DNA of 64,000 nucleotides from Octopus sinensis (lineage: Eukaryota), in contig NC_042997.1 in NCBI RefSeq assembly GCF_006345805.1, positions 40,548,001 through 40,612,000 of the forward strand, given 5' to 3'. The notes below the pieces were generated by a model. That model was not told the DNA's origin, ran no database searches, and worked only from the letters and a program-made list of their open reading frames with translations. Positions 26,061 through 40,095 of this stretch are shown one piece after another; the first letter of the stretch is position 1, and each line of letters opens with the position of its first letter. Both the position numbers and the translations under genes were made by a program.

Positions 26061-27878
26061 CGGCATCTATAATAATGATATAGCAAATGGAATCAGTTAA
26101 CTATAATTTTTCTTCCTTCCTTAAACCCACAACTTCTAAAAGAGTCGTATTGGTGGCATAGTCACAAAGAACATGTCGTGGGCATTTTGAACCTGGAGGA
26201 ACCCATCTCCCTCTTGGTATGAATACAGCTTCAGTTTCTTCCAGAGAGAAAGATAAAGAAGAAAGAAACACCGAAAAGTATCGATAACTGTAATGTAGTG
26301 GTACTTTATTTATCAACCCCGTAATAATAAAAGGCAAAGTTGATTGTGAAGTATTCTTACCGACATTCTGCCCACTCTTTCAATTCATTATTATAATCCT
26401 TTATCTACGAGGCAATATGTCAATACGAGGAATGGCAATTATTTTTATAGTGGCGTGTAGTTATGTAGTTAATGAACTGGGTTTGCAAGTCAGTATAATA
26501 ATCCATTTTATGAAGACGATCTCACACACAGCTGTGCAAATCTTAGGCACCATGCTCTTGTTTTTATTGTTGTTGTTGCTATTGTTGATTTAGTTGCACA
26601 GCCTTACGTTTCGTTCGGGTTTTGAGATTAAATGCTTGGATTATTTCTGCCCCAAGCATTTTTAGTGCAAAATATTTTCTGCATACAGTTTTGCGATGAA
26701 AGGATGATGCCAAAACGCCAGAAGCATTGGGCTCTTTGTATATCGAAACAGGTGTGCGAATTAAATATCTAGTAGTTATCTTATTGGGGATCTAAACAAA
26801 AGTGCATGACTATTGAAGTGCTACCTGAAAACAGTAGATAAAAGAAGTAAAAATATTGGCAAAATAAACAGTTCGATAACGTTGTGTAAATTGTTAGTAT
26901 AATATGAATACATAATTGTTATTACAGCTAAGTCAAGTGCCTTTGATCGCGCAATTGGTAGACTGTATGACTAGCTGATGTTTTTACCGTATTGAATTTT
27001 TTTAACAGAATTGTTCAGTCACACCGTTTTCTATTTGAGAAAATAAGCACTTTTCAGTAAATGGCGTATCCACCTTTGAATGCTTTTATCAAAATAGAAA
27101 TATCACACCTTCTAATATCCCTCACCTATACGTCAAAGATTTGATATATTGCTTAAGAAATTTTCTCTATAATTGTCACATATGGTACAGAACGTGTTTC
27201 GGAGCATTTCATTCGATACTGTACGATTTTAAATGAATCCCCACGGTCGATACTATTCATACACTAGACATTCAAAATTAGATTCGTATCTCATAGAAAA
27301 CAATCTTTATTATAATTACCTAGCTGTTCCCCTGAGATGGTGATCTTAAAACCAATTAAAGAAACACATATTTTTCTTAGTGCGATGTATAGTATACCCG
27401 TACAATCAAAATGATATTTTAAAAGAAACAACCTGAGACTAGTATTCAATAAATTCACCAACACGACTTACATCCCATGTATTTGACAGATACTTTTTAG
27501 AACACATACATTGTCTGGTTAGATTCTGATCAATGTGTACTGTTTATTATCGAAACAATTATTTTATCAATAATGTAGCATATATTTCATATACATAATA
27601 TAGATGTCCTTATGACATATCCTATTTACAAAGCTGTTACAATGAAACATACGTACAACACACTGTGATTAATTAATATAAATGAATTTCCGTGTAAAAT
27701 ATATCACTATCTTCCCTATTAACATATATATTTCTATATTTGCCATTCACATATATAATATACATTACAAATATTGGACATATACATTTTATAGTGAATC
27801 ATATATTACTGAACATAATTTAGACGTTTATTATTGCGTCATTTTTGTGAACATAACTGGAATAACATATCATAAGTA

Positions 27879-28220
27879 TTTCGTTTTTGGATTTGGTTTG
27901 CAAGATTCTTTATATGAGTTCGTGTGTTGAAGCATGTTCTGTTGTGTCTGGTGAGAGCCATTTTCTTTTTGTGCCTTATAATGTAACACACTCACCGGTA
28001 AAATTTCCACTTATTTCTTATTTTTATTTTCCTAAAATTTTCCTAAAGTTTTCGTTGCGTCTTGCAACCTCTTCAATAGAGAGTCAAGACATTTGAAAAG
28101 GTTACAAGACGCAACGAAAATTTTAGGAAAATAGAAATAAGAAATAAGTGGAAATTTTACCAGTGAGTGTGTTACATTATAAGGCACAAAAAGAAAATGA
28201 CTCTCCCCAGACACAACAGA
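27879..28220 (-). mobile_element. Fold-back PLE-like insert with 12-bp TSD and HHR-like cores
   Basis: TSD ATATCATAAGTA at 27867-27878 and 28221-28232. Arms about 27937-28076 and 28093-28221. Cores TTGAAGA or TTGAAAA-gGTTGC aagac GCAAC-GAAA (GTTAC in the right arm). Confidence 0.75.
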
Positions 28221-28843
28221 ATATCATAAGTAGATATTTATGAAATACAGAGTCGAATGCTTAATTTAACAAATCTTTCATTCAATTTTTTCTGGGAAGA
28301 AACTCTTGCCAACCAGAGTTCCATGATCATCACTTCTTTCTGCGAACAGCCTCAGATTATTCTTACATCTAGTATATATATATATGAGCGTGTGTGTGTG
28401 CGCGCTTAGATGTGTGCGTCTGTCCCTCTGTATGTGTGTTTCTGTGTATATATAGGTATATATGTACGCATATATCAAATTTTAGTGTAGGAGATAATGT
28501 TTCGTTGAGCATTTTCACCTTGGAAAGAGTCTCGTGACCCACCTCGATAGATCTGTCAATTGAACTACTTTATAAGACATGCAAACACTACATACATACA
28601 TACATACATACATACATACATACACACACACACATATACATTCATTCCTTCGAAATTAGGAATATGCAACCTTCGAAACATATGTCGAAAATAAAATAAA
28701 GGAATTTTGTTAATTCGTCGTTCAACTCCATTCTTTCATTTATTTGTATATATATATATATATACATATACATATACATACATATATATAGAGTGATATA
28801 TATATATCTACATATACATATACATAAATATATGTATACATGC

Positions 28844-28923
<80 letters not shown>

Positions 28924-29416
28924 GCGTGTATAATAGCAAAATGAATGTTATGACGGAAGAGGATAAAAAAATAAAAGCCTTTTTGAAATTTAAACATCAT
29001 TGTTTGCTTCCAATGTTTCAATGTGTAATTGGAATTTAACAGTAGCACGTACAACCAGGAAATTCACCTCTACAACTTTGACTCATAATTTAGAGAATTT
29101 CAATATTTGGTTGTACGTGCTAATTCCAGTTTAATACTGTAGCAGTGGAGGAAGATAATCACGTTTAAATTTAGAAAATTATGAATCAAAAGAACGAGCA
29201 AACGAAGATCTGTTTCTCGGTTATTCTAATAGAGCCAGTGGAGGAACATGTGTATACCACTTTCCTCGAATAATGAAACTGCAATTACAATATCTTTATA
29301 TATTTTATTTCTACTTTCATTTACTTATTTCTTTCTATATTCCCTATCGCCTCCTTTTCCATAATAATTCCTTATTTCGAAGTCAAATATTTACCACTAT
29401 TGAACCATCTCACACT

Positions 29417-29464
29417 GTTTCTGATGAAGGGATATCTATAATATCCCAGAAACAGCTGTAAGAC
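29417..29464 (+). ncRNA. Type I hammerhead ribozyme in a pLTR-like segment (about 29290-29545) ending at (TA)n
   Basis: gttt-CTGATGA-a-GGGATAT ctata ATATCCC-a-GAAA-CAGCTG-TA-agac: 7-bp stem II, palindromic ACAGCTGT stem III, GUA site. Confidence 0.8.
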
Positions 29465-29556
29465 TATGTCGATACCTTTTTCCTTATAAATGTCCTGAAA
29501 ACTCCCCACGGCCTTGGCTTTGTTTTCTCATTTTGTCTAATATATATACACACACA

Positions 29557-30445
29557 CGAGGAAGAGTCAAAAATTATACGCACTCTTGTTCTTTCAATGT
29601 ATTTGCACAAAAGCAAGGGATAAACAAGTCTTTCATTTTTCTATATATAGTCTCCTTCCTTTTCGATGCACTTTGTCCGGCGGTCCACAAAGTTGCGTAT
29701 TCCCTCTAAGAAGATTTTCGATTGGTCGTCCAACCATTTATGTACCGCTTCCGTCACATCTTCCTGCATAGGAAATCGATGACCTCGTAAACTATCATTG
29801 AGCTGTCCAAAGATAGGATAGTCTGAAGGGGCGAGATCCGGGCTATAGGCAGGATGTTCCAGCACCTCAAAACTCAATTGGTTAATGGTTTTTAACGGTC
29901 TGGGCGGCCATGTATGGGTGTGCATTGTCATACAACAATAAAACTTTCTTCGGCAATAGGCTTCAACATTCGATGTGAACTGCCGGATTCAGTTTGTTGA
30001 CCAGTAAAGCACTGTATCTTGCACAATTGATCGTACACCCCTTTTCCTGGTTATTACCAGTATAGGCCCTTTTGAGTCCCCGAAAAGGGTTAGCATTACT
30101 TTTCTTGCAGAAGACTGAATTTTGAACTTCTTCGTCGCTGGCGAGCCAGGATGTTTCCATTCCATTCTCTTTCTTTTGGATTCTCATAATGAATTTCAGC
30201 ACCTGACACACCTTCCGACCAGAGAAATCGATTCACTGCTCTTTGTTCTTCTTCTTTGGTGTACATTGCTAGTGGAGGGGCCATGTTTATACACTATAAA
30301 GCCAGAAAAAAAATGGCGCAATCAGGATCAAACTTCGATCACATGACTACGATAGTACCAACTATAAGCATGCATACGCAGAAGGTGGGGTAATAATAAT
30401 GAAGATATGTTATGACGAAAGTGCGGATAATTTTGATTTGCCCCC

Positions 30446-30446
<1 letters not shown>
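29557..30446 (-). mobile_element. Internally deleted mariner transposon
   Basis: TIRs cgaggaagagtcaaaaattatacgcact and agtgcggataattttgatttgcccccg(ta). Fragments EQRAVNRFLWSEGVSGAEIH and HPAYSPDLAPSDY. Confidence 0.9.
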
Positions 30447-30530
<84 letters not shown>

Positions 30531-31135
30531 GATTGCAGCTATTGCCAGACATCGATCATCGAAAAGTTATAGAGCGAGACAATGGTATCGATATGTTCTC
30601 ATAAGACGTTAAGAACAAGTTTAAAGATTATTTTTATTGATTTATTATGAGGACATCAAAGAGCCGAGCAGTTAGATTCATAGATCAGACATCACCACTC
30701 AGCAAGAAATATGCATTATTGACAGTCACAGTTCAACCTACAAGAAATAGCAGCTAAATCTCCCTCAAATTATTTTCTAACATGTAACAGAGAGAAACAT
30801 ATAGAATAAGTCTAAAATATACAGGAACGTTATGGGTTAATCGTGAGTAATCTTCTTATTAGGCATAAAAAGAGTGTATCTAAAAGTAAAGAAAAAGTGT
30901 ATCTGAGTGTCAGTAATATATCAAAGTATATTTAAAATGACAAAGAGAACAAGTTGGAATTGAAAATATATTGTATAAGGAATCATTTCTTACAACCATT
31001 TCCTCGTGTTTTATTTTTTTTTATTGCCTTCATTTACATGAACCTGGCATTTTGCCACTTGCTAACAATAAGGGCAAATGTATCAGGATGGGTGATTAAT
31101 GATCTGTAGGCTTCATACAAACATATGTGTATGAT

Positions 31136-31177
<42 letters not shown>

Positions 31178-31211
31178 CAAACATACTTATACAGAAACAT
31201 GCATATGTGTA

Positions 31212-31245
<34 letters not shown>

Positions 31246-31248
<3 letters not shown>

Positions 31249-31365
31249 CACAGGAGTGGCTGTGTGGTGAGTAGTTTGCTTACCAGCCACATGGTTCCCG
31301 GTTCAATCCCAATGTGTGGTTCGTTGGGTAGGTGTCTTCTACTATAACTTCGGACCAAGCAATAA
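31246..31365 (+). mobile_element. SINE family A head fragment
   Basis: ggcacaggagtggctgtgtggtgagtagtttgcttacc.. Confidence 0.75.
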
Positions 31366-31817
31366 AAAATCTCTGAGCGAGATATAAACCGTAGCAACAC
31401 GACATCGTGAAGTATATTTGTCACCTAAATGTGGCTGACCCACATGGTACGATGCTACTGTAGTTTATAGCCCCAGGAAGGCATCTCCTCCAGCTGACTA
31501 ATGACACACTGTCTGTGCCCTATCAGTATTTACAAAGAGAAATCATCGTTCTCATCTTTAGCCTGATGTGACACATACGGTCCCGGGTTTTCTAGGTAGT
31601 AACCCCTTCAACAGCGTGTGACAATCACCGGCTAGGGATGAGTGGTGATATTTCCAATGCAAATATAAATGTTTTTTTCCATTTGTCGTCTTGGTGTTAA
31701 AATATCGCGGTAGGGACCGCTTGAACAGACAGTCATGTTAAATTGGCTACGAATATTACTTGCCAGTGCAACTACTGAGCTGATCTCTCAGTGAGATTTT
31801 AGAACTAGCATTTTTGC

Positions 31818-31877
<60 letters not shown>

Positions 31878-32714
31878 GCTGAGGCAAGTTGATAGACACC
31901 GATATGTGTCTGTATATGTGACAAAGTATATTAATTTTTTTCTAAGCTTCATAGGAGTTTCAAAGACTTGTTAGTAGATCGAGTTTCATGGTGTTTTAAC
32001 AGATTAGTAATAAATTTTATTCTAATCGAAGGATAGTCTATGACAAATAACATTTCTAGGTCATCTAATATATATTCGCGACAGTTTAAGACTACGGTAA
32101 TAGGAAATAATGTGTTCAGCAAGACGAAGCATTAGTTGTAAATTTACACTCACTTATGTAAATATATGTCTACGCAAATACATAGTGAAAGGAGGAGAGA
32201 CTAATTTTATACATATATATAAACACACCCGTGTATATACACCCTCATAAATCCATACATATATGTTGACACATGCATACACTTATATGGCTATTATGAG
32301 GAATAAGTATTATTATCGTTCAAATTAGTTGTGGGAAGAGTAGGATAGTAAAAACGAACAATGAATTTAGCATTGAAAATGCTTAGAGAAGAGGAAAATA
32401 ATGTTTAGAGAAAAGGAAAGTAAGTTTAAACAAACGAATGTAGCTCGTGTCTTCTGTGAAGAGCAGATCTCGAAAGACAAAAAAAATCATTTTTAATCTT
32501 TGTTTATTGTACGAACAATTATCACATGAAATATGGCTATTTTTATTGTTTAACCCCCAAACCAAAACTGATTGTGAGAGATATTGTACATAGATATTAA
32601 GCCAAAGAACGTATAACAATCTACAAATACCAAGCTTTGTCTAAACTATAATGGCTTTTCTACAACGAATTTTCTGTCGTCAGATAGGCGCTTTAACTGT
32701 GTCCATGTCGTTAA

Positions 32715-32880
32715 TCTTTATCTTTTAGTTGTTTCAGTCATTTGACTGTGGCCATGGCGGGGTACCCCATCTTGAAGGATTTTCGTCGAACAAATCGACC
32801 CTAGGAATTATTCCATTTGTCTCATTAGCCGAACCGCTGAGTTATGGGACGTAAACACACCAACACCGGTTGTCAATGAT
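32715..32880 (-). mobile_element. SINE family A tail fragment
   Basis: gtttcagtcatttgactgtggccatg..gaaccgctgagttatgggacgtaaacacacc. Confidence 0.7.
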
Positions 32881-32986
32881 ATATATATATATATATATAT
32901 GCATACACATATATGTGTATATGTGTGTATGTATGTTTGTATGGATATACATACATACATACATATATACATATATATATGTATAT

Positions 32987-33058
<72 letters not shown>

Positions 33059-33943
33059 GCACAACTGTGTTAGTTATCCAGCATATTCCTTTTGTTTTGT
33101 TTTTAAGACAGTATGGCAACATTTGAGGGAGATGTAGTTGATCGACCTTGTGGAGTCTTAGTCGTTGAATCTCTTTAAATTTAGTGTAAGGTAATGCCGC
33201 AGATAGAAATGTATTTCATAACGATAGTTGACAGGTAAAAGTGCTTGAGGTGAGGTTCTCACTCGCTCTAACTGCGACTTTTATTGAGAAGATATTTAGC
33301 GTAAAGAACGAGAAAGCCAACTGTCAGTCTCAGCAACGTGTTTGTTAAATAAATGCTTACAAGGGTTACAATAGATGATATGAAAGAAATACTATAGAAT
33401 AGATAGCAATTTGTAAGATCATAAAACGTACTATTTATCTCTAAGGTGTATTACAATGAAAAGTTGAGAGTTAGCTATCAGTGGCAGATAATGTGCTCCT
33501 AGTACTAGACCATACAGAGTTTTAACGTTCTTAAACGAAAATGATTTTTGGAGGTTAAAGACGAGCCTCTGTAGAATTCCCGACTACATAATTCCACATA
33601 AGACGTATATGTTTGTATTCTGTTTTTAAATTCATTTCGTTTTTTTTTTTTCTCGTTTACGTTGTGTTATGCACAGATGCTTTTTAATAACGAACCGCAA
33701 AGAATGCTTTCTATGTAACTGATCAATTGATTCAAGAACGACTTCAAGGAGCGGTCAGCAAAGCGCTAAACTGTGCGTCAGGAGACTCCCACTTGCTTTT
33801 CCTTGTACATCAAGATTATGGAAAGAATACCTTTACCTTCTTGTTGAATCTTATTCACAGTGCAGCTTATATATATGTGTGTGTGTGTGTATATAAAGAA
33901 CGATGGTCCATCAGCATGGCTGTAGCTCTGAGCTGAAACTACA

Positions 33944-34004
<61 letters not shown>

Positions 34005-34005
<1 letters not shown>

Positions 34006-34182
34006 CCGGAGTAAACACATAAATGTGAAACAAGGTGGAAAAAGGAGTACTCAAATACCAGTGGTAGAGTAATATGCTTTATTTAAAGCAGCAGAAACTT
34101 CAACAAAACCTGTTACTCTGAGTTTCCCGTTGCCGTTCACCCGATGAACGGCAACGGGAAACTCAGAGTAACAGGTTTTGTT
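34005..34182 (-). mobile_element. Short PLE-like insert next to (TA)n with perfect 38-bp-arm palindrome and HHR core (U4C variant)
   Basis: Arms 34102-34139 and 34145-34182. Plus arm reads CCGATGA-aCG gcaa CGg-GAAACTCAGAGTA. AATAAA is present in the minus-strand tail. Confidence 0.75.
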
Positions 34183-34184
34183 AC

Positions 34185-34770
34185 CTCAGTTTTAAAATAA
34201 TCTCCTTCGAAATAGCCACCTTGTGCAGCAGCGTATTGATCCCAACGTTCCTACCACTTTTGAAATCGTTTTCCGTAAGCGAGTCGAGGTCCTTCTGCAA
34301 TTCGTTCTTGATCTCGACACCGGTATTAAAACGGTAACCTTTGAGCTGCATTTTCATCTTGGAGAAGCGATGGAAGTCTGCAGGTGTTCAATCCTGCGAA
34401 TAGGGCGAGTGCGGAGGCGATACCATGTTGCATTTGGTAAGAAACTGACGAGTGAGTAGGGTTCGTTGACAGGATGCATTGTAGCCGTAAAGGATTCAGT
34501 CGTTAGGATTGCCAGCATGGACCCATACAACCGACCAGTAATCTCAGTAAGTTGTTGATTGTCCTCTGACGATCGTCATGCACAAGCTGATGAATTTTCT
34601 TGTAGGAGTGGCTGTGTGGTAAGTAGTTTGCTTACCAACCACATGGTTCCGGGTTCAGTCCAAACTGCGTGGCACCTTGAGCAAGTGTCTTCTACTATAG
34701 CCTCGGGCCGACCGAAGCCTTGTGAGTGGATTTGGTAGACGGAAACTGAAAGAAGCCCGTCGTATATATG

Positions 34771-34801
<31 letters not shown>

Positions 34802-35150
34802 GTGTGTATGTATGTATCTGTGTATTTGTTTGTGTGTCTGTGTTTCTCCTTCCAACATTGCTTGACAACCGATGCTGGTGTGTTTACGTCCCCGTAACTT
34901 AGCGGTTCGGCAAAAGATACCGATAGAATAAGCACTAGGCTTACAAAGAATAAGTCCTGGGGTCGATTTGCTCGACTAAATGCGGTGCTCTAGCATGGCC
35001 GCAGTCAAATGATTGAAACACGTAAAAGACATTACCAGGGATGACGCTAGTGGCAAGACTTCCAGATCGCTCATCGTCTTCTAGGGACCCTCTGAAAACA
35101 GTCTGATATCATCTGAACTATAGTTGGCCACAACGTGCAATCTGCCGGTA
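34185..35150 (-). mobile_element. Decayed mariner relic interrupted by a SINE A
   Basis: Minus translations PHSPYSQD*TPADFHRFSK (about 34360-34420) and SLEDDERSG (about 35060-35090). Confidence 0.7.
34602..35030 (+). mobile_element. SINE family A, near full length (reference copy)
   Basis: tRNA-like A/B boxes (tggctgtgtgg, ggttcagtcc), central microsatellite and conserved tail. Confidence 0.9.
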
Positions 35151-35289
35151 ATATATATATATATATTTTTTTTTGGTTAACATTAACTTCTTGGTAGATC
35201 CCTTGGAGGCAAAACTAGTAATAATCATTCTTTTAAATTCTTCTTCTCGAAACAGTTTTGCTTCTTGCAATTCTAAACCTCTCTGTTGC

Positions 35290-35320
<31 letters not shown>

Positions 35321-35979
35321 ACCTTTTGAATAAAGATTTCAGCGTTTTTGCTGCCAGATCTTTTTCTTCGTGGGAAAACCAGTTTTCTGGAAGCGTTAAA
35401 AAAATCTATTCTTTTCATAATGGACAGAAGAACGGGAATATTTTATGGATTCCAGAATACGATACCTTATTTTTTCGAAGAATAGTAATTGTATATTCAG
35501 TTTCCACTTTAGTGTGGGATTTCTTTTTCTTTGAAGACCTATCTAACAAAAAAAAAGAAAGAAAAGATGTAGGTTTAATCTAGCGATCCAAGTTGTGATT
35601 GAATAAATTTACGTACAAAATTTCATTTAGACATTAAAATAAACTTGTACTTTTCTATTTAAAAGAATCCTAAACGTGTAAATTTCTTGACATTTAAATA
35701 CTATATGCAAACTTTCTTCATAAAAGACAGCTGAATGCCAACCTATCGCCAATTTTCTAAACGTATAATGTTAATCTATTGTCTTAGCAAAGGTATTGTT
35801 CGTTAAGGATAAAGGGAAAAACTGAAAAATTTCAGAGTTTTCTTTTATTCTGTATTCAACTTTTTAAAACATATTTTTCTCGGGAATAATGTTATTAAGA
35901 ATGTATAGAGTAAAGGAAGAATAACAGCGTTTGGGGCAATGATGTTACTTAAATTGCAATATATACCTTAACGCGCTGA

Positions 35980-36560
35980 ACTTGCAAAAGTGCTTGGCAA
36001 ATATTTTGCCCGTGCAGGGCTATATTTATTGCAGAACTCTGCTGAAAGAGTTAGCAGTTGGACTCGTACATTGTATGGATCTAACTGCTGACAATTTTAA
36101 GGGCAGATTCTTGCAATATTTCTACAGATGTAAGACAAGGAGCAGAGGAAAGAAATTCAACATCTGCTACAGATCAGGAACTCAAAGACCAGATAATGGC
36201 ATGCACGTACACCCGCTTCCTAATATACGATACCGTTAACAGGCTCTAGCCATATTTTAACAAGTACAGATCTGTAGAGTTTGTCCGACGTTTCATTTAG
36301 GCAAAATCAATCAGAGCAACTTGCATTATCTTTTCACCGAAGTTTAATTGCCACCAACGATGGAGATTACTTAACTAAAATTTGCATTCTTCATACGATT
36401 TTCATACCCATCGGATTTTCTATTCCTAATCGTTTTAGCTAAATCTTACCAATAAAGTATATGGCCTGGCACACGAAAACTCTCTCGACAGCACACAGTT
36501 GTACAAGAGCAGTGGTTTTGCAGACCGCAACGAGTCTGATCACTTAACCAGTCTTATGCA
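35980..36560 (+). mobile_element. Possible decayed piggyBac-like transposase relic
   Basis: ORF 35982-36239 contains ..YIY..LLKELAVGLVHCMDLTADNF, resembling the piggyBac T.DNFF catalytic motif; the rest is degraded. Confidence 0.35.
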
Positions 36561-36920
36561 CTAAGAACCACTCTGTAGACATCACTTTCCACCGTTGTCT
36601 TTCACATCTACATTATCAGTTGTAGAATTCCGGATATCAATTTAATTTGTGTACCTGTGAGAAATACTGAAAGGTAGTGTAGTTCACCAATTACTCTTTT
36701 TATAATATATGCAAGTTCCACATATGGTGAGTTCTATTTACTTTTGTTTCTAATTAAATACATTACATCGATGAACTGCACAGAGCAAACGAAAGAAGTG
36801 TGTTCATTACGTGTTGTGGAAAATATGACTTATGAAAACTCGAGTCGCGGGATAAAGAGTATACACACATATGTGTGTGGGGGCGTGTGTGTAAATAGTA
36901 TATATATATATATATATATA

Positions 36921-36964
<44 letters not shown>

Positions 36965-37049
36965 TATTATTATTATTATTATTATTATATGATCAAACAC
37001 CACGCATTCATTTCCAAGTAAGTTTTATCTTAATAATCCCAATGCGCAC

Positions 37050-37623
37050 TCTACAGCTATCGCTATTCTATCTCCCTCTCTTGTTCTCCTTCCTTTCTGT
37101 TTTCCCCTCCCACCCTTTCTCTTATTCTTGTTCTCTCCCCTTCCCCGTTCTCTTTCTCTCCTTCTCTCTCCCTCACTCTTCCACTTTGACTTTTACTCAC
37201 ACGTGACCAACGGCTATCTTTCTTTCCATTTCCTTACAAATGACAAGACCTGCTTTTGTCTGTCTCTTGTCAAAGCTCATTTCCCCAGCGTTCACCACTT
37301 CATCTTGTTATAGTTTAACAGCTCTTACCGTTTGTTTATACTGATTTGTTCTCACTGTCCTGTTTTGATACCACTTTAACTCCCCTCAAATCCTAAATCT
37401 TTTGCGGGATGACTGCTTTAACGAAGTCGCGTCTTGTCCCTACGCTCGAAACTCAGAGTAGATAAAACAAGGAACAACTTATGGAGGGAATGTTCTTTAT
37501 GTTGCCTGTCTCGTTTCTCTTTCTGTTTCTTTCGTTGTTCGAAAAAATGTTCGTTTTCCACGTTTTCGTTTTTTTATGTTCTCGTTTCTCATTTTGTTTA
37601 CGTTTTTCTGACGCCCTGTACCC
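37050..37623 (+). mobile_element. Pyrimidine-rich pLTR-like segment with a decayed HHR, ending at (TA)n
   Basis: ttaacga(37418)..GCGT cttgtccct ACGC..GAAACTCAGAGTA (37448-37460), the same 13-mer as at 34158. Confidence 0.5.
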
Positions 37624-37751
37624 ATATATGCATGTATGTATACATATATATGTAGGTATGTACGTATATGCATGTATATATGCATATATATAGTTTATAT
37701 TATATATATGTATGCTTATATATAAATGGATATGTATATGGCTATATATGT

Positions 37752-37810
<59 letters not shown>

Positions 37811-37935
37811 ATGTATGTATATATATGTATATAAACATGCCTATCTATATATGTATATATATATATATGTATATGTATATATAAATATGTATATATATGT
37901 ATATATGTATGTATATATATATATATATATGTATA

Positions 37936-37999
<64 letters not shown>

Positions 38000-38684
38000 G
38001 AGATATTGTAAATTTTCTGTAAATATATGCCAATCATAAAATACCAGCTTCAGAAATTTCTAATATATTCGATGCAAATATCGTATAGGGATTACTCTTA
38101 CGTTGTCAGTGTCAGTGGGAAAATAACAGCTTAGCCACGTAACGACAGAAAGTTATGGCTTCATTTCAGAAAATACGTCTGTTATCAGAAGCTGGGTATT
38201 CTTCAGTGTTCAGTAAATCTGTTAGCATACTCACTCACACACTCACAATTATATAAAAACAAAAGTTATGTATTAGTGTGATATTCTGAAAAAAAATAGC
38301 TGTATCGCTTCGTGTATAATTTTAAACGAGAATTTGGCTTCTCTTATTTTGTGATTAGTTACACTTCTTATTTTTGGATGCATTCGTGTGTGTCGTTGTG
38401 TGTGTGTGTGTTTGTTCATTTGGGTTTATAAAGATATATGTGTGCACAAAAGTTAAAACTTTTACAGCACATGTACACATACATACACGCAAACACACGC
38501 ACACCTACATATAGATATAGATAGACAGACAGACAGATACATACATGCATGTAGGCATAGCACATACACAACACACATACAGACACATATATATGCAGTA
38601 TGTATATATATAAATACACATACATACATATATATATACATACATATACATACATACATACCCATAATACATATATATATATGC

Positions 38685-38748
<64 letters not shown>

Positions 38749-38849
38749 GTGATTGTGTCCGTATATATATATATATATATATCATAGTGTGTTACATACT
38801 TTTGATACTGTGGGTGTGCGCATGTATTTTTTATATCCTTCCTTCCAAT

Positions 38850-39035
38850 TGGTTTCAAATTTTGGCACAACACCAGCATTTTTGGAGTAGAGAGTAAGTC
38901 GATCACATCCACTCCAGCGTTTAGCTTGCACTTACTTTATCGACCCCAAAGAGATGATAGATAAAGTCGACCTCATCCGAATTTGGTGCTAAGCTTTATG
39001 ATGGGCGTGGTAACGATTCTGCCAGGTTGCCGTCT
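38850..39035 (-). mobile_element. SINE family B, diverged
   Basis: Reverse-complement similarity to the copy at 40099. Confidence 0.6.
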
Positions 39036-40095
39036 TATCTTGCGTTATAATTTACGCAACTTTTTTTTTATGTCGTATGAAGTCTTTGTCAAAATATCCA
39101 TTATCAACTCATTGCCGAAGGTAAAACTAACTTTGATGAAAATATCATTGTTAATAAATAACTCCTGAGATATTATTAATTTCATAAAACAATCAGACAT
39201 ATGGCGTTACAGGTGGTAATGTGTTTCATTCTTATTTCAGTGAAAATAATCTATTTTATGAAGTGTTTTGTTGTTAACTCTACTAGTCCTCCTTTCCTTC
39301 TATTGCATTTATTCGTTAGTAATCAGTTACATTCTTAAGTATTCTTTAATTGAAAGGCATATCTAAAATTCCATCTTATATTTACTGATTTCCATATCAG
39401 TAAAACAATGTGCTTCTTAAGTAGTTGTGTCCATTATTGACGCTTGAATTAAAATCATTTATTATACAACTTCTCTTCTTACTCTTTTCTCTTTACAAGT
39501 AGATAACATTCTATATGTTAACATCATGGCAGCACGGTTGTATATATTCTCTTGCATGTTTACCTCAGAAGAATGCAATCACTTTTAAAGTCAGTTCTGT
39601 AGGCTTTCATTGCAGGGTTCTAGCTCTCGATCCATCATTTATTCTTCATAATGTACCATCTAAATTTACACAGTTGAGGCGTGTGAACGGGGGCGTCACT
39701 AAGTAGTCACTCAGCCTGTTAGAAATAGCAACCAAATCTCTCTGAATCAACATCCTTCCCTTTTCAAGAGAAGACACTTTGGATAATTTAGGTAGACTAT
39801 AATTGAAAAAAGAGAAGATTAGATTATCATAATTGGGACGCATTTGATTGATCTGCTCAGTCAAAGTTGACACGAGGCTAAACATTAAAATCAGCAACAA
39901 ATTAAGCTAATCATTGATCGGTCAGATCGCCGATTTGCTAGAAATTGAAAACATATATCCTTCAAATCATTGTCCCTGCATGTATATGTTGCGCGCACGT
40001 GCGTGTCTGCCTGTGTGTTTGCGTGTGTATGTGTGTGCATATGTGAGTGAGTGCGTGTGCGTGTGTATATATCTGCATAAGATATACCAATTTAC

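Noticed and set aside
35173-35583. 136-aa plus ORF, and a minus-strand exon-like segment after a polypyrimidine-AG (..RSSKKKKSHTKVETEYTITILRKNK..)
   Set aside because: No recognisable domain and no partner exons; it cannot be supported without RNA-seq.
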